IMG/VR virus record: IMGVR_UViG_3300020196_000003
Reading direction: 5' to 3' (one strand)
From: a virus
Length of the DNA: 64,000 nucleotides
The position numbers were made by a program, and so were the translations under genes. Every line of letters begins with the position of its first letter. The stretch's first letter is position 1. This document shows, in pieces, positions 27,172-36,253 of the stretch. The notes beneath the pieces were generated by a model, which saw only the letters and a list, made by a program, of their open reading frames with translations, did no database searches and was not told the origin of the DNA.

Positions 27172-27780
27172 TTAATTCCAAATTTTTTTGTATCTCATAA
27201 ATCCTAAAACACAAGTATAGGCATCTGTTTGATCAAAATTTTCTTTTTTAAGTGTATTGTTTTTAGTATAATGCCAAGTAATCTGAGGTTCTCTTTTAGC
27301 CACCTTTTCCCAAATTATTATTTTTTTATCAACATCTTTAGGTAGTCCACCAAATAATACAAATTTCTTTTTATCATTTTCTTGGACCAATTCAGGAAAT
27401 GCAAATTTTCTTGAATTATAAGTTGAAATAAATTCAGGAACTATATCTAAAACATTATAAATTTCTTTAAAAATAAAACTATTGAATCTAAGAAGAGTTT
27501 GTATTGTATGAAGATTGTTAGAATTCAAAAGTGGTTCTTCTATTATCACTCTAACTATACCTAAATTTTTATAATATTTTAATTTTTCGGCAAATATTTC
27601 AGACTTAAGTATAAGTTCTTTTAATTTTTCGTCTTCTTTTTCCATTTTGGGTCTTGGTGAAACATGTGTAAGTTCCAAAAGATCTTGACTTTGAATATCG
27701 AATAATGCCCAACCAATAGTGCGGGTTGAAACGTCAAGTCCTAATATTTTAGGGGTGTTTTTTAATTTTGTGTTATTCAT
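27172..27780 (-). CDS. ruvC: RuvC-like Holliday junction resolvase
   Basis: ILGLDVS..TIGW, IIEEP, D..DA acidic residues. Confidence 0.8.
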   Translation of the reverse strand: MNNTKLKNTPKILGLDVSTRTIGWALFDIQSQDLLELTHVSPRPKMEKEDEKLKELILKSEIFAEKLKYYKNLGIVRVIIEEPLLNSNNLHTIQTLLRFNSFIFKEIYNVLDIVPEFISTYNSRKFAFPELVQENDKKKFVLFGGLPKDVDKKIIIWEKVAKREPQITWHYTKNNTLKKENFDQTDAYTCVLGFMRYKKIWN

Positions 27781-27879
27781 TTAAATTTTCTTAGAAAGAA
27801 TTTTCTTATTTGCATATAAGATTCAAAATTTTAACTCACCGTAAAGTTCGGTAAAAAGTTTAAATTGTAAAGTTTCCGA

Positions 27880-30387
27880 TTAAATATCTAATTTAACAAA
27901 ATATTGTTGAATTCCCTGTCTCAAAACTGGCGATTGCATTTTGGACATTATTAAAACATCTTTGTTTTCATCCATCAATGCAATTTCCGTAATGTAAGAT
28001 GGTGTTCCGAAAGTCCAAGTTGGATTTTGCGAAATTATGAATTCATTTACGCTCAAATTAATTTTATATTTCATTTCGTAAATTGTTGCTTGGATGTCTG
28101 TTTCCAAATTTCCATAAAAATAGTATTCATCCCCGAAATTTAAATTTACTCCACTTGCACCGTTTGGTACTAAACTTACATAATCATTTAAGTCATAATA
28201 AGGTGCCGAGTAATAGTTTTCTGAAGTGATTACAAATGTGGTTGCTGTAAGAGATTCTTGAGTTACAAACCCATTTATAAAATCATTTTGTATCTGACTT
28301 GTAAAATCTATCATCCTCCATAAAGTAGGGTCAGGTCTTACACCTGTTGGTCTAATTTGTGCTAAAATTTGAAATTCTTGAGCGTAAAATCCAGCAGGGA
28401 CAACACATGTTGGACATTGAGTTGTGGTTGTTGTTGTGTAAGGATAAAATGTGGTGGTAGTTGTTGTGTTAGGATAAATTGTGGTGGTAGTTGTTGTGGT
28501 TGTTGGTGAATATCCAGGTTGAACTAAACATGGAAATTCACCACCAAATCTTACTGCAACATTTTTTGGTGTGTCTGGTGTGCAAATATTTTCAGTTCCC
28601 ACAACACTCGTGTAATAATTACTATGTAAAGAATTTGTGAATGTATTGGTATTTGACAGTCTATAAGTAACCCATAATGTTTCTGCTCCTCCAGTTAAAA
28701 CACCTGTAGTATTCGAGGTTCCACAAGTATTCGGTGTAATCAATGAAACTTGTGGTGCTGGTAGAGTCCAGTTTCTGTTTGATTTATTGGATAATGCCGC
28801 AACCAATTCTTCGTCATCAATGATGATTAGTTTGGAATCGGGATATACTTTTCCAATTCTACTTGGCAAACCATTAGATTGTGCAAATGTGTCCCACAAA
28901 TTATAATATCTAATACCAAGTTGATTCATCTGTTGTGATATTTTAGACTTAGTAAATTGTACTTGAAATAAATTTTGATTTTCGAATCCTGGTGGATCAA
29001 CAAAAAAAGTTTGCCCAAAACAACATTCAGGATTTTTATGCCACATTATTGTTGGCATGTAAAGTTTGAAATTTCTTGCTTGGCCTTGCGTATTTTCGGG
29101 ATTCGTAAAATCATAAGGTTCTAATGCAAATTTTTCACCATAAAAAAAATCAATTGTTTGATTGGTATAATGAATAATTGCGATTGCTTTTTGTTCTTCA
29201 GGTGTCACTACAATTTTTTCTTTGAAAGAATTATAGTAATAAACATCATCGGTAGAACTTTGACCCTTTGATGAATTATAACCAAAGTATTCTTTTTGAC
29301 CTATATAATTTATTGAGCCGAATTTTGTGTAATCTTGGAATTTAGTCGATATCAAACCAGCAGGGCTTTCAGTCCACGGAATATTCATATTCCATATTTT
29401 AACATCAAACTGATCCGTATCACAAACAGATTCAAAATCAATAACATTTTTATTCCAATGTGGTTCAGGAGTAAAACTATCATATATTGGAACCATCTGC
29501 GGGGGATAAATTAAAGTTCTTGCCAAACAATCGCTTGATAAATTAGTAAAGTCAGGTGTATTTCTGTCTAATGTTAATAGGTTACCGCAAACATCAACAA
29601 TTTTATAAGTAAGAATTGAAAAACAACTAACGACATCTTTTATACAATCTGGTGGTTGAGGTATTGGACATTGAGCGCTTGGTGTGGGTGTTAAACATGG
29701 AGTATGTGTCGGTGATGGTGTAGGTGTAGGTGACGCACATGGTTCTGATAATGTGCTTGTAGGAGTGGGTGTTGGTGTTGGTGTACTGTAAAGGGATGGT
29801 GTTGGTGTTGGTGTTGGATAATTACTACAAACACAATCAGTTTTTGCCCTACCATCGTAATAAATTGTTATAAAATCACCAACATTCGGGGTGTTGTTGT
29901 TTTGAACGTTACAGTCCATTTTTTCGACCAAAATTTGATTTGTTCCTTTAAGAGTGGACATATTAACCACATAATTTGGAGTTATGACATACGAATTATT
30001 TACAAGTGCCTTCCAATCTATTGTAGTTGCGGTTGTATTTCCCGTAAAAAAACCTCTCATTGCGGCCCTATTATAAACAGAATTAATATCAGAGTCCATA
30101 AAAGGTATACCATATATGTTAGTTTCACCTTGATCAACCAAATAAGGATATTTTATATATTGTCGGTTTGACTCAGGAACACCCGAACTATTTTGGGCAT
30201 TAAATTGTGGCTCTAAAACTACAGTATTTGTTTGGTTATAGGTTGTAGGTAATTCATCATATGTAATTTCACTATCTCCAACCGCAAAATAGACAATATT
30301 AAATCTCCCTTCAGACATTCTTTGTCTTCCTGTATCAGTTACCCTTGTATTAACTAAACCTGATGTGTTTTTTATTATATATGCCAT
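27880..30387 (-). CDS. tail-collar/fibre-type structural protein with PT- and T-rich insertions
   Basis: N-terminal TDTGR...FAVGDSE and C-terminal ITEIALMDENKD resemble tail-collar fibre proteins. Confidence 0.6.
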   Translation of the reverse strand: MAYIIKNTSGLVNTRVTDTGRQRMSEGRFNIVYFAVGDSEITYDELPTTYNQTNTVVLEPQFNAQNSSGVPESNRQYIKYPYLVDQGETNIYGIPFMDSDINSVYNRAAMRGFFTGNTTATTIDWKALVNNSYVITPNYVVNMSTLKGTNQILVEKMDCNVQNNNTPNVGDFITIYYDGRAKTDCVCSNYPTPTPTPSLYSTPTPTPTPTSTLSEPCASPTPTPSPTHTPCLTPTPSAQCPIPQPPDCIKDVVSCFSILTYKIVDVCGNLLTLDRNTPDFTNLSSDCLARTLIYPPQMVPIYDSFTPEPHWNKNVIDFESVCDTDQFDVKIWNMNIPWTESPAGLISTKFQDYTKFGSINYIGQKEYFGYNSSKGQSSTDDVYYYNSFKEKIVVTPEEQKAIAIIHYTNQTIDFFYGEKFALEPYDFTNPENTQGQARNFKLYMPTIMWHKNPECCFGQTFFVDPPGFENQNLFQVQFTKSKISQQMNQLGIRYYNLWDTFAQSNGLPSRIGKVYPDSKLIIIDDEELVAALSNKSNRNWTLPAPQVSLITPNTCGTSNTTGVLTGGAETLWVTYRLSNTNTFTNSLHSNYYTSVVGTENICTPDTPKNVAVRFGGEFPCLVQPGYSPTTTTTTTTIYPNTTTTTTFYPYTTTTTTQCPTCVVPAGFYAQEFQILAQIRPTGVRPDPTLWRMIDFTSQIQNDFINGFVTQESLTATTFVITSENYYSAPYYDLNDYVSLVPNGASGVNLNFGDEYYFYGNLETDIQATIYEMKYKINLSVNEFIISQNPTWTFGTPSYITEIALMDENKDVLIMSKMQSPVLRQGIQQYFVKLDI
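28421..28505. repeat. 30-bp tandem repeat encoding TTTTTT(I/F)YP(N/Y)
   Basis: Units at 28421, 28451 and 28481. Confidence 0.8.
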
Positions 30388-30414
30388 TTATTTAATAAAT
30401 ATTCTTATTTTGAT

Positions 30415-32544
30415 TTATTCATTCGGTTGTGGTGTAGGTGGTGAAGTGATGATTGTTTTAGGATTACAACAACTACAATTGTTTAAAACAACATTCGATA
30501 GCGTAAGTGAATAATATCCTAATGCAAATTTACAAAGTCCAACTGGTTGATTGATTATGTTTGTAGAAGTGCTCCCTGATATTACTTGACCACTTGTCAT
30601 AGTTATTGTATTTAAGAATTGTTTTACGATTTGTGTATTATTAATAGGTCCTGTTATACTACACGGACCACCTAATGCATAAACATTGACTAATGTGTTT
30701 ACAAGTGTCATATTCCCAACACCTTGAATATTTGTGAAATTATTATATGTTGGTATTGGAATTAAATTTTGGGGGTAATAATTAAAAGTTGAATTCATTA
30801 CGACATCTAATGTAATGGTCACTCCAATCGGTAGAGACGGAGCGGTTAAAACAAAAGTATTATTGTTGTAATTTATATTGAAATCGATCACATAATCTGT
30901 TATAGGAACATTACCAACCACAATGTTTGTTAATGAACCTGTTACATTATTTGAGTCTAATACAAAAATATCGTAATTGCCAGGTGACAAACTACCGAAT
31001 ATTGGTGACGATTGATATGTAAGTCCTCCATTGATAGAATATTGATAAGGCATTTGACCTCCATTTGCACTTACGGTAATACTTCCATTAGTATTACATT
31101 CTGCGTCATTTACAACAGTTGAAACCACAATTTCATAAGAATCCAAACATTCGCCTTGAGTCATTTGTAAACTTAAAACTTCAGGAGGTCCATAAATTTG
31201 CCAATTACTTAATGGTGGATATGTCGGGTCATTGTTAACAATATTTATTAACGAATTTGAATAACCTGTAAATACCCATTGTGGCGGTGTTGATCCAATG
31301 TTCCAATAAACAACATATTGACCTGATGTTGAAGAAGTACCAGTCGAAGGGGAGGAAGGGGCCGAAGGAGAAGCTGAAGAACTTGTTGATGAAGACCAAC
31401 TTGGTTCTCCATTTATTGTATTACCCGAATCTAACTGTATTTGTAGTAATTCAACAGGAGAATCTGTTTTTGATGATCTTATAGTTAAAGTTACACACAA
31501 TGATGTCAATTCAATAGGTATAGTCGGCTCTTCACAATTACCTAATGTGGATTGAGTTATCGAATATTGTGTGTCAGAAATAATTACCCAATTTCCTGTT
31601 GAACCAGTAGGATATAAATAATCATTTTTGGTTAAAATGTTGTAGGGTTCCCCTTGACATTCCAAAGTAGTACAAAAAACCCACATATTATTATTTTGAT
31701 CCCAAAATACATACCCCAAAAGTTCTACACCATATTGTATGATAAAATAAGGTTTTGTGTTTTTGAAACCTTCGGGTTGTGAATTTATAAAAACAAGTTC
31801 GCTTTCAACCAAACCAGTAAGTACAAAACACATACCAGAAAAATTTGTGGTTTCAGCAGTTAAACTACAAGTTGTTGTCGCCGAAAAATCACCATAGTAG
31901 TCAGTAATTGTTGCCGAATAATCTCCAACCCCCAAATTAGTTAGTGCTGGAGCAAAACTTCCGATTTCCCAAAAAATAATATAAGGCGGAGTTCCACCTG
32001 TAACGATCAATTCTACCGCACCATCAAAAGTTCTATCTGAGGAGGGTTGTTGTGTAAAACAACTAACTCCCATTGGAAATATCGTAATCACATCGCATTC
32101 ATTTTTGGGTTTAACCGAAGGAATACTTGTCGGACATTGATTGTCTTCACAAATATCCGTTAACTTTAAAGGTATCTGAATTTGATCATCAAACTGAGGA
32201 TAAATTTTACTACAAATATTGTAAGTTAAACCTTGTGTAATTGTGTCTACAACAATGTTGTCATTACAATCGACATATGTTATGTCTGTTGTTTGGTCTT
32301 TTGATTTTATAAAATAACAATAACAGTTACAAGTGCAAGTAATTCCTGTATTGATTGTAATTTCATATGTTATATCACATTCCACAATACCTAAATCGAC
32401 AACAAAAAAACAAGTATCAGGTGTTTGTCCAGATATATCAATAGAAACATAATTAAATGATGACTCACTCAAACCAGAAAAATTTGATATAATTGGAGGA
32501 TATGTTCCATCACAGGAATAGAGTATATAACAGTTTTCTATCAT
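30415..32544 (-). CDS. Cys-rich SprB-repeat putative virion/adhesin protein
   Basis: VTGGTPPY...LTNLGVGDYSATITD and NGSITVSANGGQMPYQYSING...LSPGNYDIFVLDSN; Ser/Pro-rich linker. Confidence 0.7.
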   Translation of the reverse strand: MIENCYILYSCDGTYPPIISNFSGLSESSFNYVSIDISGQTPDTCFFVVDLGIVECDITYEITINTGITCTCNCYCYFIKSKDQTTDITYVDCNDNIVVDTITQGLTYNICSKIYPQFDDQIQIPLKLTDICEDNQCPTSIPSVKPKNECDVITIFPMGVSCFTQQPSSDRTFDGAVELIVTGGTPPYIIFWEIGSFAPALTNLGVGDYSATITDYYGDFSATTTCSLTAETTNFSGMCFVLTGLVESELVFINSQPEGFKNTKPYFIIQYGVELLGYVFWDQNNNMWVFCTTLECQGEPYNILTKNDYLYPTGSTGNWVIISDTQYSITQSTLGNCEEPTIPIELTSLCVTLTIRSSKTDSPVELLQIQLDSGNTINGEPSWSSSTSSSASPSAPSSPSTGTSSTSGQYVVYWNIGSTPPQWVFTGYSNSLINIVNNDPTYPPLSNWQIYGPPEVLSLQMTQGECLDSYEIVVSTVVNDAECNTNGSITVSANGGQMPYQYSINGGLTYQSSPIFGSLSPGNYDIFVLDSNNVTGSLTNIVVGNVPITDYVIDFNINYNNNTFVLTAPSLPIGVTITLDVVMNSTFNYYPQNLIPIPTYNNFTNIQGVGNMTLVNTLVNVYALGGPCSITGPINNTQIVKQFLNTITMTSGQVISGSTSTNIINQPVGLCKFALGYYSLTLSNVVLNNCSCCNPKTIITSPPTPQPNE

Positions 32545-32560
32545 GTTTTAATATAAATAA

Positions 32561-33541
32561 TTAAAAACTGTATTTTTGAAGATAAGTTTTCATGTTTTCA
32601 ATATATTTTATTGTTGAGCTTTTAGAATCTATATAATCAAAATAATTTATGTTTTCTTTTAATTTTTTTAATGGGTCTATATTAATATAGGAACCTTTGT
32701 AGAATTTTGTATTTTTTAAGTCTTCAGTAACTCCTGCCATATGTAAAATTGGTTTTTTTTCATAGACTTCAATATTGTCGGTCGCCCATGAAAAATCAAG
32801 TTCTTTTGTTATAACTGTTTGTTTGTTGTCCTTCCACAAGTTCCACAATAAACTCCACATTTCTGCAGTCCAAAATTGAATTTCTCCAGGTGATATTGGA
32901 AATCTTTTTTGATAATCTAACATTTGATTATACAACCCTATTGAGTCTTCATATATTTTTTCCCACAACTCATATGTTGTATCTTTGATAATATACTGAC
33001 CTCCACCTGAATGTAGTCTATTTTTTTCAATAACGTCGATATCAATTTTTACAATTTCTGCCATTTCTTCTAACAACTGATTTCTTGTTGAACTCGGGTA
33101 TTGTTGTTCATATCTTCTACAACAATCAACTATATAGTCATAACTAATATATCCATTCGTGTCTGACAAATAACAAACGTCATCTTGAATCATTTTTTCA
33201 AAATTTGGTAAAGTTCTAAATATTATATCCGCGTCATGTAGAAAAAATAATTTTCCGTTTTGAGGACAATCTTTAATCCACTTTGAAATCAGGTATGGTT
33301 TTATAGAAGGTATGTAATGTTTTTTTTTTCTTTCGTCAAAATAGTAATGGACTTTTACTCCCATTTTTTTTAACTCTGAAGACTCCTTAGATGGCTCTTG
33401 ACTTGGGGTTACAATTGCAAAAATTATATGAATATTTGATGGGTCAATTTTTTTTTCAATAAAGTTGTGAATATAAAGTTTGGCTTGCCAAATGAAGTAT
33501 GGAACATCTGGTTGTGCTGTGACAAATAATAGATTTTCCAT
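32561..33541 (-). CDS. GT-A fold glycosyltransferase, SGT1/HPAT-like peptidyl O-glycosyltransferase candidate
   Basis: YIPSIKP, FLHDADIIFR (DxD), GGGQYII, WTAEMW, ILHMAG. Confidence 0.65.
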   Translation of the reverse strand: MENLLFVTAQPDVPYFIWQAKLYIHNFIEKKIDPSNIHIIFAIVTPSQEPSKESSELKKMGVKVHYYFDERKKKHYIPSIKPYLISKWIKDCPQNGKLFFLHDADIIFRTLPNFEKMIQDDVCYLSDTNGYISYDYIVDCCRRYEQQYPSSTRNQLLEEMAEIVKIDIDVIEKNRLHSGGGQYIIKDTTYELWEKIYEDSIGLYNQMLDYQKRFPISPGEIQFWTAEMWSLLWNLWKDNKQTVITKELDFSWATDNIEVYEKKPILHMAGVTEDLKNTKFYKGSYINIDPLKKLKENINYFDYIDSKSSTIKYIENMKTYLQKYSF

Positions 33542-33575
33542 AAAAAAAAAATAAATAAAAAAACTATAAAGTGAA

Positions 33576-33818
33576 TTAACCTACCTTATCAATTGTAACA
33601 ATTCAATATGGAATTACTGTAACGTTTCATGAAGCCACTTGATGTTTTATAAACATCTGATTATTAACATTACTATTTATCTCCCATTTTAATTTTACAT
33701 TCTTGTTCGCGGTTGTTGTTTGGAAAAATAAGTTCCAAGCAGGAACAACATAAAGAGAATTCTATGATTAACCGATTCGACTTAAACTATTAGGAACATC
33801 TAAACCGTTTTGGTAAAG
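33576..33818 (-). pseudogene. decayed tail-fibre C-terminal domain
   Basis: One frame with 4 internal stops: LYQNGLDVPNSLSRIG*S*NSLYVVPAWNLFFQTTTANKNVKLKWE...VAS*NVTVIPY*IVTIDKVG*. Confidence 0.65.
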
Positions 33819-33829
33819 TCAAAATCTGT

Positions 33830-34054
33830 TTATGAAGAACAGTAAACAATTTCATAAAACAAACACCCCTGACTATCAATGATGGTGAGTTGCATGGCAG
33901 GAGCTGTGTCGAATTGCGAAGGTAAATTAAAAATATGAGGTAAGGTTGATCCTGTTCCTAAATATTGGCATTGATTACCATATATATCACAAGCAATACC
34001 ACTAAATGGCGGGACTAAATCAACTATTGTTGTGACTGAAACTTGGTTTGCCAT
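33830..34054 (-). CDS. small Cys-containing putative virion protein, paralog of 25040..25276
   Basis: 74 aa; shared motif pattern. Confidence 0.7.
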   Translation of the reverse strand: MANQVSVTTIVDLVPPFSGIACDIYGNQCQYLGTGSTLPHIFNLPSQFDTAPAMQLTIIDSQGCLFYEIVYCSS

Positions 34055-36253
34055 TTAACTACAATCTACACAAGAAATGTTATAATCAATTACTAAATTA
34101 ACTTCTATTTCTGTATCTTGTAATGGATTTATAACTTGTGGTTTACAGGATTTATTAATTTCTTCACAGTTTGTTTTTATCGTAATTCTATTAGAAACTA
34201 AATCAATAGTTACGTCCGAAATTCCAACAAAACCATTCAAAATGTCAGTGATCGCTTCCGCCCACTGAATATCGTTAGGATAATCTGTTCCACCATTAGA
34301 TGAATAAAATTCAGTAATGGCGGATTGTGAACCCACTTTAGCTGAAATAGAAAATGTCGCAGAGTCTATAATACAATTGGTATCTCCACTTGTTAAATCA
34401 TAAAACCCTTCTAGAAACATTGATCTAACAGTTCTTTTTGTGACTAATCCACTATCGATAAAAATATTATTACAAACATTGTAATATTGATAATTACTAA
34501 ATTTTTTTGTTCCTTGTAAGGTTGTGTATTTCGTAAGACTACATCCACTTTCGTCAATCACAGTTAAACTATAAGTGCCTGCGGTTAGACCAGTCACAAC
34601 ATAGCCATCTTGTGTCTCTGCAGTACCTCCACTCCAATTGAGAGTAAATGGCGGAGTTCCTTGTGTTATAAATGCGGTTATAGACCCGTCTTTACCAACA
34701 ATTGGTTGGTTAGGAACTAAATTAAAATTTACAGGTTGACTTGTTGATATGTTTATTGGAAATGTTTGAATACAATTAGGTGTTGAAGAATCTTGTATTG
34801 TTAATACATAATTTCCCGTGTATAAGTTGTTAAAAACATTGAATGGACTTGTGACTGTTGTTGGATTTGTACCTGTGGGTCCTACCAAAGTATAAATATA
34901 CGGAAATGTTCCACCAGTTGATGCTTCAACTTGTAAAATCCCATTGTTCAAACCACAAGTTGTTCCTGTCACTTGAGTTGTAGCACTAAATAAATTAACA
35001 GACTCAATTACTGTGGATGTAGTATAAGTACACCCTGTCGATGTGACTGTAACAATATAAGTTCCATTTGATAACCCATTGAAAGTTTGATTAGAATTTC
35101 CCATTAAGCCAACTTTACTAATACCTGTAGAACCAGATATAGAAATTTGTAGATTTAATACGGGACTTAATCCACCATCAACTAAAACATTCAAAGATCC
35201 ATTGTTCACTGAACAAGTAGAATTTGTTGTCGTTAACTGAACGGTTGTAAAAGAATTAGGAGTTGTCAAACTTACTGAATCGTAAATTGTACATAGTCCG
35301 GCATCGGTGACTAAAAAAGAATAAAATCCTGTTGACAATCCTGTAAATGTAACTGATGAACTAAATGTTATTTCAACTTGTCCTGTAGAAGCACTAAAAA
35401 AATATGGTGGAGTTCCATCTACAATTATAAATTCTACCTCTCCATCGTTACTAAAACATGTTGGTTGTGAAATTACAATAAAACCACCCGAAGTTAATGG
35501 GGCAACTGAATTAACCGTAAATGATTGTGAGGAGGAACAACCAATAGAATTAGTAACTGTTGCGATATATACACCTGCCGTTAGACCGGTAATTGTAGAC
35601 CCTGTTTGACCATTTGCGTTGGAAGACCACGTTATTGTGTAATCGACTGATGGCGATGTTAAACCTGTGATAAATATTTTACCACTTCCATTTCCAATAC
35701 AACTAGCATCATCAACAACATAACCACCAAAGGTGATACCTGATGATGGATTTAAAATTACTGAAGCGGTAATTCCATTACATCCTCCACCATCATCGGC
35801 AACTATGTAGTAAGTTCCCGCAGACAGACTTGTGAAATCTAAATAGTTTGTGGTAGAAATTCCACTAGTTATTAGATTATTCGTAATGTCATAAAGTAAA
35901 AATGTTGTAAAACCATAAACGGATGAGGTGAATCCTGTTATACTTCCGTTGTTGAATCCACAACTAGTATTTGTAGAATCAATTGTGGCGGTTGTTCCTG
36001 TTGAAATATAGACTGTAATTATAATTGAAGCCGAAGTACCGTCAGTTATTTGTAAAAAGTAAGTTCCACCTGATAAACCAGTTACCCTATATTCGTATGG
36101 TTCGGTTAGAGCTGAAGTTGGTAGTGGACAACCTGCGGTTATACAGTTTACCGCAAATGGGGGTGTTGATCCTGTGACGCTGAAAAACAGCTCAGCTGAG
36201 TTTGTATTTGTACAATCACCTCTTACACTATATTGTTCAATCGAAATACTCAT
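34055..36253 (-). CDS. SprB-repeat adhesin-like putative tail protein
   Basis: About 7 repeats of C..NNGSI.....GGT.P......TGL.AGTY.L.V.D..GC. Confidence 0.8.
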   Translation of the reverse strand: MSISIEQYSVRGDCTNTNSAELFFSVTGSTPPFAVNCITAGCPLPTSALTEPYEYRVTGLSGGTYFLQITDGTSASIIITVYISTGTTATIDSTNTSCGFNNGSITGFTSSVYGFTTFLLYDITNNLITSGISTTNYLDFTSLSAGTYYIVADDGGGCNGITASVILNPSSGITFGGYVVDDASCIGNGSGKIFITGLTSPSVDYTITWSSNANGQTGSTITGLTAGVYIATVTNSIGCSSSQSFTVNSVAPLTSGGFIVISQPTCFSNDGEVEFIIVDGTPPYFFSASTGQVEITFSSSVTFTGLSTGFYSFLVTDAGLCTIYDSVSLTTPNSFTTVQLTTTNSTCSVNNGSLNVLVDGGLSPVLNLQISISGSTGISKVGLMGNSNQTFNGLSNGTYIVTVTSTGCTYTTSTVIESVNLFSATTQVTGTTCGLNNGILQVEASTGGTFPYIYTLVGPTGTNPTTVTSPFNVFNNLYTGNYVLTIQDSSTPNCIQTFPINISTSQPVNFNLVPNQPIVGKDGSITAFITQGTPPFTLNWSGGTAETQDGYVVTGLTAGTYSLTVIDESGCSLTKYTTLQGTKKFSNYQYYNVCNNIFIDSGLVTKRTVRSMFLEGFYDLTSGDTNCIIDSATFSISAKVGSQSAITEFYSSNGGTDYPNDIQWAEAITDILNGFVGISDVTIDLVSNRITIKTNCEEINKSCKPQVINPLQDTEIEVNLVIDYNISCVDCS

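Noticed and set aside
5248-33818. Stop-codon reassignment suggested by in-frame TAG/TAA/TGA in relic frames
   Set aside because: All three stop codons terminate intact genes, long genes have no internal stops, and the relic stops replace different residues. This is decay, not recoding.
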